From IMG/VR virus record IMGVR_UViG_3300032820_000005: a stretch of DNA of 64,000 nt. One strand, 5' to 3'. Numbering within the stretch: the first letter of the stretch is position 1; the number at the start of each line of letters is the position of its first letter. The position numbers were made by a program, and so were the translations under genes. This document shows positions 1 to 10,200 of the stretch, one piece after another. Under the pieces are notes generated by a model. The model made no database searches. It had not been told where the DNA came from and saw only the letters and a list, made by a program, of their open reading frames with translations. This stretch comes from an uncultured virus (IMG/VR IMGVR_UViG_3300032820_000005) (Duplodnaviria; Heunggongvirae; Uroviricota; Caudoviricetes).

Positions 1-2
1 GA

Positions 3-752
3 AATATATGTATCTTGGTCTACATCTATAACGCCACCGAGAGATCCCCAGGCTGTACCATCATAACCTTCAAATTGAATAGATGTAGAATTGAAACGAA
101 TTTCGCCTGTTATTGCAGTGGACTCTCTTTGACCAGTTGTACCAACCGGCAACACTAAACCATCTTGTGCAGTAATATGCAAAGATCTCAATGGAGCAAC
201 AGCAGAACCCAATCTGACTTTATCTGATAATGTTGATACTCCAGTTACATCAAATGTACCACCTACATCTAAAGTGCTATCTATTACAGCACTGCCATCA
301 ACATTCAAATTAGCATCTATATCAACAGATTGCCTAAAACGAGATGTAGTCTTGACATCAAGATTTGATTCTACACAAAGAAAAGATTTTGAAGTTGTTG
401 AGCCGTCTATTACTAGATTACTTTCTACGCATAAATTACCAGTAAATGTACCAGCGCCATTTATTGTCAATCCAGCAAAGGTAGGAGTAGCACCAGTATG
501 TATATTTTGAGGGAGAGCTAATTGTATTGAACCACTACCATTAATAATATTAATTTGATTGGATGTGCCAGTAAGAGAAGTTCTAGTTAAAGAACCACCA
601 CTATTACCTATTAATATTTCACCATTAGAATAGGTAATATATCCTGTACCACCATCATCAGATCTAAGCCAATCATCAGCAGTATATTCTGCTAATGAAG
701 TAGGATTCCCATCACCATCAAATAAAGCTTTTAAAGGAGTTTTTGCGGCCAT
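3..752 (-). CDS. Tail fibre / virion structural protein, N-terminal part (runs off the window)
   Basis: Manual translation from ATG at 752: MAAKTPLKALFDGDG...VLPVGTTGQR...GEIRFNSTSIQFEGYDGTAWGSLGGVIDVDQDTYI, a motif typical of T4-like marine phage fibre proteins. Absent from the ORF track because it is truncated. Confidence 0.75.
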   Translation of the reverse strand, partial: MAAKTPLKALFDGDGNPTSLAEYTADDWLRSDDGGTGYITYSNGEILIGNSGGSLTRTSLTGTSNQINIINGSGSIQLALPQNIHTGATPTFAGLTINGAGTFTGNLCVESNLVIDGSTTSKSFLCVESNLDVKTTSRFRQSVDIDANLNVDGSAVIDSTLDVGGTFDVTGVSTLSDKVRLGSAVAPLRSLHITAQDGLVLPVGTTGQRESTAITGEIRFNSTSIQFEGYDGTAWGSLGGVIDVDQDTYI

Positions 753-758
753 ATGGAA

Positions 759-1028
759 TTACTCTCCTGTGTCAGCGCCTATATTGACTACATGAGTAGT
801 AATTGTTCCACCATCATTCCTTTTCATTTTAAAAATACCACTAGTATCAACAAATAAAACTGCTGTATTATTAGCCACTGCTGCGTCTACAGGAACAGTG
901 GACAAAAGATCAAGAGTCAATGTTGTAGCATTGGCCTCAATAGTATTGAGTTTAGTAATAATACTATTGATTGTTGTCATCTGTTCATCAAAAGTATTTG
1001 AATTTTTTAGTGCTGTTATGTCTGCCAT
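759..1028 (-). CDS. Small hypothetical protein, probably virion-associated
   Basis: 89-aa ORF with AAGGA RBS and an upstream TATAAATA late promoter; lies between structural genes. Confidence 0.6.
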   Translation of the reverse strand: MADITALKNSNTFDEQMTTINSIITKLNTIEANATTLTLDLLSTVPVDAAVANNTAVLFVDTSGIFKMKRNDGGTITTHVVNIGADTGE

Positions 1029-1051
1029 AGTGTGTCCTTACTGGTTTCTTT

Positions 1052-1059
1052 TATTTATA
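1052..1059 (-). promoter_or_regulatory. T4-type late promoter TATAAATA
   Basis: Exact match on the minus strand about 25 nt upstream of ORF 759..1028. Confidence 0.6.
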
Positions 1060-1741
1060 ACCTTTTTAAAAATTCTCTGGTATTATCCCATCCTATAGTT
1101 CTATAAACTCTTTGATTCCTATTAATCATTTCTTGATAAATACTATAATCATTTTCGCCAACTTCTGTCCTATCACCAAAAAATATATATTCATCATCAG
1201 ATAAATGATCTAAAATCTTATGCTTTCCCCATTCTGGTGGTACTATATCAATTGAAATTTGCCCACCGATTGAAGCTGAAACATCAAATTTACTTTCTAT
1301 ATCTCCAACAATTCTTTTACGTTCAGAACTTTGTAGATCCCATTCAAAGTAGTCCTTCCTATATTTATCCAATCCTCTGCCTACGATACTAAAATTGATC
1401 AATGATCCCCTATCATCAATATGCTTACCTGTTTTGTATGGGTATGGAGATTTCTCTAAATGATTTTCTAATAATATATATAAGTCAGATGGAAAAATAT
1501 AATTATAATGCCATACTGGTTTGAAGTTCTGCCACTGTTCCAATCCACTACAAGGAAATACACTTTGTGCCATTGAAATAATAGTTTTACCAAGCTGCCT
1601 TTCAATTTTCTTATAAGGACTACCAGAAACTAAGACGAAATTCTTATCACTAGCCCATTCTATAAAAAAATTCTGAAAATCTTTTTCTATTGGTTTAGAT
1701 GATGGTGTTAATGTACCATCTACATCAAATATATATATCAT
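1055..1741 (-). CDS. HAD-superfamily IIB phosphomannomutase (PMM2/Sec53-like)
   Basis: FDVDGTLT, LVSGS, DRGSLINFSIVGR, IGGQISIDI, FFGDRTEVGENDY motifs. Start placed at the TAATG overlap with the upstream stop. Confidence 0.85.
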   Translation of the reverse strand: MIYIFDVDGTLTPSSKPIEKDFQNFFIEWASDKNFVLVSGSPYKKIERQLGKTIISMAQSVFPCSGLEQWQNFKPVWHYNYIFPSDLYILLENHLEKSPYPYKTGKHIDDRGSLINFSIVGRGLDKYRKDYFEWDLQSSERKRIVGDIESKFDVSASIGGQISIDIVPPEWGKHKILDHLSDDEYIFFGDRTEVGENDYSIYQEMINRNQRVYRTIGWDNTREFLKRL

Positions 1742-2910
1742 TATATAAACTCCCAATGCGTAATATCATCTCTGTATTCTTGCATTTGTGATTTCAATTT
1801 CATCCTATTTTCCTCACTAAAATTATTATAAATTTCCCATATTTTCTTATTGCTTAAATGAGGTTTACATAATTGAGTACAATTAGAAAAACAATCTACA
1901 TTTTCAATTTTATTCATTTTTTCTTTTCTAACTGAAACATCATTCCATATTTCTTCAAATGATTTATCGTATAAAGAACCATAACTATATTCCTTATAAC
2001 CTCTCATTTGTGGGCATACATAAACATTACCATCCGCACCAACACAGGGTTGAAGTTGTGAACCTAAGCATTTCTTATAATGATTTGAATGTTCTGCGCC
2101 ATCCATTATATCTTCCATGCCTTCAATCTTTTTTTGAAATTTAGATCCCAAAATAATTTCTGCTTTATCTAAATCATCTCTAATTTTATCAAACAATGAA
2201 AAATTTCTACTATATCCAGAATCCCATCTTTGTAAATTTACACAATCTGTTTTGTATTGACAATAATCTAAATCAAAATCAGCAAATGTTTCAGCAAATC
2301 CGATAACTTGATCAACAGTCGATTCGGTGATAACAAATCCAACTCCTAAAGTTATATCAGACTCTAATCTATTTTTAGTATCAATAAGTTTTTGAACATT
2401 GTCCAACATCATTTGCCATTCTTTAGATTTTATTTGCCGTATAGTTGCATAATCTTCAGCATTACCTGCATCAACTCCGATCCTAACCCAAGTCACATGA
2501 TTTACTATACTTTCATACAAATCATATTTCTCAAACAAAACTCCATTGCTATACAATCCCATTTTAAAATTTAAATTATTCCCAGCATATTCAATAATAT
2601 CTTTCAAATTAGGATTCACCGTTGGATCACCACCGCCAGTAAAAGTAACTGCACGAACACCCATATGATCGAATTCATCAAACGTTCTTATCATCAAATC
2701 CAGAGGCATTATAGTTCTACTAAACGTATCAGATTTTTTAAACTCTGAGAAATGAATATATGAAGATAAACAAAATACACAACCATGATTACAAGCATTA
2801 CTAGGATCAAATTCAACAAGAACAGGTGGGGGATTATTTCCATTTAATAATTCATCTACTCTATCATAATTAGCAATAACTTTTAAACTAGGTACAAATA
2901 TCTTTTTCAT
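1741..2910 (-). CDS. Radical SAM protein with C-terminal SPASM/twitch domain
   Basis: CNHGCVFC triad, TFTGGGDPT, and C-terminal C...GNVYVC...GSL...FEEIW...CFSNCTQLC. Confidence 0.9.
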   Translation of the reverse strand: MKKIFVPSLKVIANYDRVDELLNGNNPPPVLVEFDPSNACNHGCVFCLSSYIHFSEFKKSDTFSRTIMPLDLMIRTFDEFDHMGVRAVTFTGGGDPTVNPNLKDIIEYAGNNLNFKMGLYSNGVLFEKYDLYESIVNHVTWVRIGVDAGNAEDYATIRQIKSKEWQMMLDNVQKLIDTKNRLESDITLGVGFVITESTVDQVIGFAETFADFDLDYCQYKTDCVNLQRWDSGYSRNFSLFDKIRDDLDKAEIILGSKFQKKIEGMEDIMDGAEHSNHYKKCLGSQLQPCVGADGNVYVCPQMRGYKEYSYGSLYDKSFEEIWNDVSVRKEKMNKIENVDCFSNCTQLCKPHLSNKKIWEIYNNFSEENRMKLKSQMQEYRDDITHWEFI

Positions 2911-2911
2911 G

Positions 2912-4021
2912 TTAAATTTCTATATTTAAATTCAAAAATTGATTTTTAATATCACCCCAAACGTTATTCCTGTAAGAATAATCCGATTGCAATTCCCAAT
3001 AATTATTATAAATAAATCTGCCATTTTCACCCGCCTCTAAAATTTCTTTTTCATTGTCTAAACAATAAGAACAAGTTTCAAGAAAATCACTTAAATCTTC
3101 ATTAAAAAAATATATCACCTTTTCTAATTGATCTTTATATAAAAAAATTTGATCAGGTAATTTTTCTAACTTTGAACTAATAATTGCAGATCCAACCATT
3201 ATAGATTCTATATGCCTATATGATATTGTGTTCCACCACTGGCCAGGGCATAAAGAAATAAGACTTTCATTGATTCCTTTAAAATAGTCATCTTGGGATA
3301 TTCTATCAACGAATATTTTTTTATTCTTTTTCATGTATTCATCAGAACCAAAAACAGTTGAATTTTTATCCTTAGTTGTAACAGAATTATTAAGTTTAGT
3401 AATTCCTCCTTCAAAATATTTTGCTAAAGTACTATTTTTTATTTCATCAATTATTTTTGCTCTAAATGGATCATAGCTCCCATAAAAAAATATTTTTTTA
3501 TTCTTTTTCGCCTTATTTGGTTTCTGATAAAATTTATTATACAATCTTATATATTTAGGAAGAAAAATAATTTTTCTATAGAGTTCAGGTATATCATCTC
3601 TAACTTCCCAAGAAGCACTGAGGGCTAAAAATGCATCAATCCTATCAATAAAATCCTTAGGCCATGGCCAAGATCCTCTAATACCATCATCAAGATCGTT
3701 TACATATAATATTTTACCTTTATAATCAAAAAAATATTTCTTATTAAGGCAAAGAAATCTATGTGTTATTTCTGTAACCTTTTTCCAATCTGATACATAT
3801 CCATTTAAATATGGATAAATAGAAGAAAAAATTATAAAACTATTATGATCTTTCCAAAATGGCCAATTATCATCTAATAAAAGATTTTCACTATCAACTT
3901 TCAATTCTATCCAATTGTATTTTTCAGATAAACTTTTTTCTAATGATTTTTTCCAACGAGTAAGGGTTTTATGGTGATCATTGTGAAAGGAAAATTTTAT
4001 ATAATATATATTATTTTTCAC
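2912..4021 (-). CDS. Putative GT-B glycosyltransferase (CgeB / Glyco_trans_1-like)
   Basis: IFFYGS, YFKGINESLISLCPG, SYRHIESIMVGSAIIS, EAGENGR pattern of GT-B C-terminal domains. Confidence 0.65.
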   Translation of the reverse strand: MKNNIYYIKFSFHNDHHKTLTRWKKSLEKSLSEKYNWIELKVDSENLLLDDNWPFWKDHNSFIIFSSIYPYLNGYVSDWKKVTEITHRFLCLNKKYFFDYKGKILYVNDLDDGIRGSWPWPKDFIDRIDAFLALSASWEVRDDIPELYRKIIFLPKYIRLYNKFYQKPNKAKKNKKIFFYGSYDPFRAKIIDEIKNSTLAKYFEGGITKLNNSVTTKDKNSTVFGSDEYMKKNKKIFVDRISQDDYFKGINESLISLCPGQWWNTISYRHIESIMVGSAIISSKLEKLPDQIFLYKDQLEKVIYFFNEDLSDFLETCSYCLDNEKEILEAGENGRFIYNNYWELQSDYSYRNNVWGDIKNQFLNLNIEI

Positions 4022-4023
4022 AC

Positions 4024-4974
4024 TTATACCCTTTCTCCATCACTAAATCTACTTGATGAATCTTGTAGATTAACTACCGTCAATTCTTTAATTATGTTTC
4101 TCATTGGATCTGGGTAATCTTCAACAGAAGAAAAATGAGCATCTCCTACATTACCTATTAACGGAATTAATGCAAAAGTTACTCCTATTCCATCACACCA
4201 TTCTTTATATTCATGAGCTAAACTAATTTGATCAGGATGTCCTACGAAATTTACACTAACATGATAACCAAAACTAGCTAAAGATTGTACCCTAGATTTA
4301 AACATTGTCCAATTAAAATTTTTATCAGTTGGATGAAGGCTGCAATTTATCCCTACAGAATCCCAATCAGTTGGCAAAACTGTTATAATTTTATCATATA
4401 TAGGATATGACAAATTAGTAGTCAAGCATATTTTAAAATTTTGTGAATTAAAAAATGAAAATAACTTATATATATCTTTAAAATACAAAGGCTCTCCGCC
4501 ATTAGTATGCCAGATACCACCATCTATATTATTAAGTTTTAAAAATCTGGAAAATGCACCAATCCATTCCTCAGCAGTAAATTCATCACATGCATTTGAT
4601 ATATCAGGATATAATTCTTTTCGAGGCAAGCCACAATATGAACAACTATAATTACATTTCCACGTTGGAGCGAATAAAATAGAAGTTGTATTTTCAAATA
4701 AATTATAATAATTTGGATCTGCAACATCTTGTTCGTCAATAATTACTCCATCTTTATAAACTCTTTTCTTGCTCCAATGTCTATCACAAATTTGGTCACA
4801 TGACTGAATTGGACATCTTCTAAATTTAGATCCTAAAATAATATCATCCGTAAATAAATTCCCAATAGAATATTCATTTTGGTATATAAACGTATTACAA
4901 ATATACACATTCCCTTCACTGCCGATACTCATCCATTTGGAGCCACCATCGCAATATAATCCATCTTCGATCAT
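4024..4974 (-). CDS. Radical SAM protein with N-terminal SPASM-like Cys domain
   Basis: CNYSCSYC triad, GGEPL, LTTNLS, SLHP; N-terminal C...GNVYIC...IGNL...CPIQSCDQIC. Start placed at the ATGA overlap (track gives 4986). Confidence 0.85.
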   Translation of the reverse strand: MIEDGLYCDGGSKWMSIGSEGNVYICNTFIYQNEYSIGNLFTDDIILGSKFRRCPIQSCDQICDRHWSKKRVYKDGVIIDEQDVADPNYYNLFENTTSILFAPTWKCNYSCSYCGLPRKELYPDISNACDEFTAEEWIGAFSRFLKLNNIDGGIWHTNGGEPLYFKDIYKLFSFFNSQNFKICLTTNLSYPIYDKIITVLPTDWDSVGINCSLHPTDKNFNWTMFKSRVQSLASFGYHVSVNFVGHPDQISLAHEYKEWCDGIGVTFALIPLIGNVGDAHFSSVEDYPDPMRNIIKELTVVNLQDSSSRFSDGERV

Positions 4975-7190
4975 TTCATTTTCCATTTTTCATACCTTTC
5001 TCTTAAAAGCTTTTTAGCATGCTTCATATCAGGGTAAGCCCATGTATGCCCTTCATAATGAGGACTAAAATCTTTCATCCCTTTGACTTCTCCTAATTTG
5101 TAATCAATCAAATTATCCTTTTCTAAAAATTCTATTTGACCACCATAACCAGTTACAATTACATCATTTCCATAATTTTTAGCATCGTAAATAGGTAAAC
5201 CAAACCCTTCAGAACGGCATGGTGCATAATAACAATCCCCATAAGCATGTAATTCTAATATCTCCTTTTCTGTCAAATGATTCAAAATCAATTTAATACT
5301 GGGAATATTATCATACTTATCTATAATTTTTTCATATGATTTATTGATAAATTTAATATTTTCTGATAAATATTTTTGATAATGAGTTTTTAATATCAAT
5401 TCCACCTTATCATCCCTAGTAAATTCTTCACAAAAGCTCTCTATTAAATCATAGATCCCTTTCCTTTCAATAAATTCTGAAATATTATAAAAAACATAAT
5501 TTTTACTTTTTTCAACACTTGGTAAAATTTTACCCATCCAAACATGTGGTACAACTCTAATGTTTTTTTCAACACCTGATTTTTTAAATACTTCTTTATT
5601 ATATTCTGTTGGGCACCAAATTTCATCAATAAATCTAGCGTTCATTGCATCAACCCAACTTTCTGGTAAATCTTCAGTTTCCCATACTGTAAATCCTATT
5701 ACCTTTTTGATATAAAAATCTCTATGTTTTTTATATAATCTTTCCCAATCCAAAGGTGGCTCATGTATAATCATAACATTATTATTAATTTTTATATCTA
5801 TTAATGATTTTATAGCCAAGCTATAAACACAATTATCCAGTGTTTCACTACCAGTTCCATGTTCAATTGGACTCCAACTAATAGGTATATCCTGTTGAAA
5901 CATATCAAAAATATATCCCTTAGCCGCAATTGCATAGCCAGATGTACCACTTTGGCCAACATATTTCACTCCAGTAATATAATTCTTATCAAAATAATAT
6001 TGAGAATATTCTCCTTTAGAAAAAAATGAACTGGTTAAATAATTCTTATATCCATATGATTTTGGAATAAATGAAGCATTAGATAATTGTATTTTTATAT
6101 TTTTTTCATATACTTTTAGGACTGTTGCAACATCTATTTCTTTTGTACACCACTTTTCATGTTTTTTACCAATACAATTATGAACCTGACTATCCCAACA
6201 AGTACGAATATGGCAGTATGGCTTCTTCCTATATTCATTTGGATCATAATCTTTGGTTTTAGTTTGTAAAGGGAAAACAGTTTTATAATTAGAAATTCTA
6301 TATTCGGGTTCAGTCACGTTTCCAAATAAAGCTATAGATGGAACGTTCAAAGCACCTAATAAATGCATTATTCCACTATCAGGAACTATTCCAAAATCAG
6401 CATACTTACAAAGAGTTGCACATTCTAAAATATCAGTTTTACCTGAAACATTCCATACATTTTTACTAGAAGTAAACTCAAGTAAATTAATATTATGTAA
6501 AATTATATAATTCCATTCAGGCATTTGACCAATCAATTCTAATTCTTTGTAATAATCTTTTTTATTATTATTCCTATACCCCCACATTCTAAAATAAGAT
6601 TTGCTTTTAGGTGCAAGTATAACTTTATTTCCATTATATGCCATTAATCGTTTTCTCATCAATAACGATTCTTCAAATGGCAAATCAAACTCATAATCTA
6701 AAGGGAAGGAACAATCAATCAAAGAAGATAATACACCTTTGACTTTATCCTCATAATAAAAAGTCCTATGTTGATTTTCTCGGCCATCTTTCTCCGCAAT
6801 AAAATCTCCTATATTACGCAAATCAATTTCATATTCTGATACCATAGGTGTATTGAAACCAGTAACAGAACTAAAAATAGGATTGTCAATAAACAATGGT
6901 ATTAGCCGTTCATCTGTTTGGAGAGCTATTTGCAGATAGGGATACTCTTTTTTTAGGCTGGAAATTACTGGCATCAACATCAAAACATCACCAAGAGCAT
7001 CACGTTGAAATACTATATCAAATGCAATTGTTTCACCTAAAATACCTAAAGAATTTAATTCTTTTAGAATTTCAGTTTCATTAGTTTCATTAGAAATGTG
7101 TACTTCATAATCTGATGTACTTTTTAATTTTTGACCTTCAACAATACTAATAATTTTTTTAGTATTTCTATCAACAAGAACTGATACCAT
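4971..7190 (-). CDS. Fused glycosyltransferase: GT9 (heptosyltransferase-like) plus GT4-like domain
   Basis: ALGDVLML and PDSGIMHLLGALNVPSIALFG (GT9); SGYAIAA, TVWETEDLP, ERKGIYDLI, RSEGFGLP, VIVTGYGG (GT4). Confidence 0.85.
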   Translation of the reverse strand: MVSVLVDRNTKKIISIVEGQKLKSTSDYEVHISNETNETEILKELNSLGILGETIAFDIVFQRDALGDVLMLMPVISSLKKEYPYLQIALQTDERLIPLFIDNPIFSSVTGFNTPMVSEYEIDLRNIGDFIAEKDGRENQHRTFYYEDKVKGVLSSLIDCSFPLDYEFDLPFEESLLMRKRLMAYNGNKVILAPKSKSYFRMWGYRNNNKKDYYKELELIGQMPEWNYIILHNINLLEFTSSKNVWNVSGKTDILECATLCKYADFGIVPDSGIMHLLGALNVPSIALFGNVTEPEYRISNYKTVFPLQTKTKDYDPNEYRKKPYCHIRTCWDSQVHNCIGKKHEKWCTKEIDVATVLKVYEKNIKIQLSNASFIPKSYGYKNYLTSSFFSKGEYSQYYFDKNYITGVKYVGQSGTSGYAIAAKGYIFDMFQQDIPISWSPIEHGTGSETLDNCVYSLAIKSLIDIKINNNVMIIHEPPLDWERLYKKHRDFYIKKVIGFTVWETEDLPESWVDAMNARFIDEIWCPTEYNKEVFKKSGVEKNIRVVPHVWMGKILPSVEKSKNYVFYNISEFIERKGIYDLIESFCEEFTRDDKVELILKTHYQKYLSENIKFINKSYEKIIDKYDNIPSIKLILNHLTEKEILELHAYGDCYYAPCRSEGFGLPIYDAKNYGNDVIVTGYGGQIEFLEKDNLIDYKLGEVKGMKDFSPHYEGHTWAYPDMKHAKKLLRERYEKWKMK

Positions 7191-7207
7191 TCACATTCTC
7201 CCATAAA

Positions 7208-10200
7208 TTATTTACCAAATAATATAACTACCGCCCTAAAATTATTAGTACCACTGCTACTAGAAAATCTAACTGTACACCCTGTACTATTTATAGTATT
7301 AGATGATGTAATAGTACCGTCTGAACCTCTAACAATTGTGACTGTTCCATTAGCAGTATAACTACCACCACCATCATAATCAATAAAAAATGCATTACCT
7401 TGTTGAACTTTGAAATCAGTAGGTATCACATGATCAACATCAGCTCCTGATACAACACTAGATCTAGTAACCGTAACAGTCAATGCCTGCAAAGGTTTCA
7501 ACTCATCAGACTTCTTATTAGCAATGGCTATCAAATTGCTAATTCTAGGAACTTTGGCTCCATTGGAACTTTTCATAGCCAGCTTAAGCTGGAATGTAGT
7601 AAATGTAGGTAATAGATCTTTCAAAAATTCTATAGTCACTGGCTTCTCTGTTTCAGCCATGCTCAAGTTAGTCAACTGTGAAACAGCTGTCCAAGCTGCA
7701 CTATCCGAAAAAGCTTCATTACTACTGGTCAAATCTACATCGTTATTAGTCCTGACATAAACATTAACAGTCGCTTCTTTTGGTATAATAGCATCGAGTA
7801 CAACTTTTACTGAATTAGCAGATCTGTTCAAATTAACCTTTCTTGAAATATAATTACTAATTTCATTTGTGTCATCTACTCTATTAGCTATGATAAATGT
7901 TTTCAACAATGATTTATCAATCACAGGCGAAACCCTATCATACTCTGATGAAAAATAATTCTGAAGTTGATCTTCAGTGGAAATCAAAAAAGAAGAATCC
8001 AAATGTAAATTAGTACCCGTAACAATATCTTCCCAAATTGAACCTCTTTTTCTGGCCCATGTCAATCTAGTTGATTCTGGTTCAAGATATGCACTAGTAT
8101 AGTAAAGTATATCAGCCTTTTTATAAGGGCCATTGCTCCCAGCTGCATTTGTACTAATAATAACTGAATCTTCACCTTCAGCCACTCCAAAATGCTGTGC
8201 TACTACACTAGGTGTATCTGTATTTCCAATACTATTTGATGGATGGGTATGTACAACATTACCTGTGGCAGTTCTTGCCACTAATACAGTATCATGCGTA
8301 ACCGCCTCAACATCAAATTCATTTGATCTAACATCAGAAACGTAAATTGTAGCTAAAGTAGTTCCACCCAAAATAGTAATCAATTCATTATCAGCGTATC
8401 CATAGCCAGGATTTACAATTCTAACTCCACCTATACCTGTTGATGAATTAAAATCATCTATAACTCCAGTACTAACAGTATCAACCAAAACAGTCAACCC
8501 TTTACCAGATATGCTACTAGTAGTAGCATAAACAGTACTAGCAGTATACCCTGTACCACCACTAACTAAATCTTTGTCATTGCCGGCACCATCATCTAAT
8601 GAAATAACTGCATTGTTATTAATATAATCAACATCTATTCCATTGACCATTCTTTTGTACTTATTTACTCCAGAATAGTCATTAGTTGACTGTAAGGTAG
8701 CTGTTGCTCCACTAGTTACTCCCCATATAGCAGCACTTGATGAAGCAAATCCATCCCTTGATAACATATGAACCTTAAATGTTTTAGGGCTACTAGTTCC
8801 ATCATAATCAACTAGTCTACCATGTGGATAATTAAAATAATTAGCAGCATCGGCCGATGTAGTTTTTTGATAAACTATTTCTCCAAGAGTAAAAGTACCA
8901 GATGATGATAAATCCGCCTCTATTCCATTCGTGCCTTCTACACCCTTAAATGTCAATTGATCATCCACACTATATCCATGACTATCCAGTTTGACTGTAA
9001 TTTGAAATTCCGCATCCGTACCTACATTAGAAGTTGACAGAGAATTAACCTTATCAACAGTGGAATCACTCAGTGCACTAGTTTCCCATTCTAACTTATG
9101 ATCTGTACCAGTTAAAGATGTATTGAATACACATCGCCATAAAGAAAATTTTAATATTTGATTTCTAATTTCATCACGGCCCTGATATGTACTATTGACA
9201 CCTGTCATTTTACTACCATCTAATCTATTAACATCTAAGGCTTTGAGTTGATAATCCCTAGATCCTGTAATCAATGTAATACAATATTCACCTTTAGGTA
9301 AATAAACATATTCATCAAAAATAAATGGTGTAGCTGTTCCATCTGTAGGAATAGCAACAGCAGCTCCAGCCTCATCGACTGTATAAGTTTGTGAAGTACC
9401 ATTATTCACTACTTCATTTCCTACAAACTGGCCTCTCATTGGCCGAATTGTGGCCACTGATACACTAGGTTTATCAACAATAATACCCTTAGCTCCAGAT
9501 GTTTGACCAGTTAATACATCATTAACTGAAAAATTAGTAATAGTAGCTGTGAAATTCAAAGTATCTGTTGGATATTTTGTAACAGTAGAAAATGGTAAAA
9601 CATCATTTGAAGGATGATCACCATCCATTTTTCTCAATTGTAAAATCAATGGCCTGACACTACCCCATGAATCTTTTTGAGTAAAATAAAGATCAACCTT
9701 TGAAACAAAACAATCCTGATTAATATCAAAAGCTTGATGATAAGCATCTCTGGTTTGTTTATCCCATGACCGTTCTAAATTTCTAGTAGAAATTTTATTA
9801 TCCACGTAACCAACTGCATTAAAGATACTTTCTGCATAAGAATCTACACCATTTGCTGTACTATCTAATATAACTTTCTTTTTACCTGTAGTAAATTTCT
9901 CACTTCCAACACCTTCATCTACATTGGGTATAGTATATGATCCAACAAATGTACCAAAATCATCAGTTTTTAATACTGCAGCTGTTGTTTGTTTATATGT
10001 AGATGCAGTTGCTGTATTGTTATAAACTTCTGTGGTTATATCTTTTCCATCAAATCTAATTCTTAAATTACCTACATTGGGCTTCAATCCATAAGCACTG
10101 ATAATAATAGTTTGACTTTTAATATACGGCGTATAATCTTGTAAAACTCTTTTGGAAGAATCTATTTCCAATGATCCAGCTTCTATGTCATAAGATTTTT

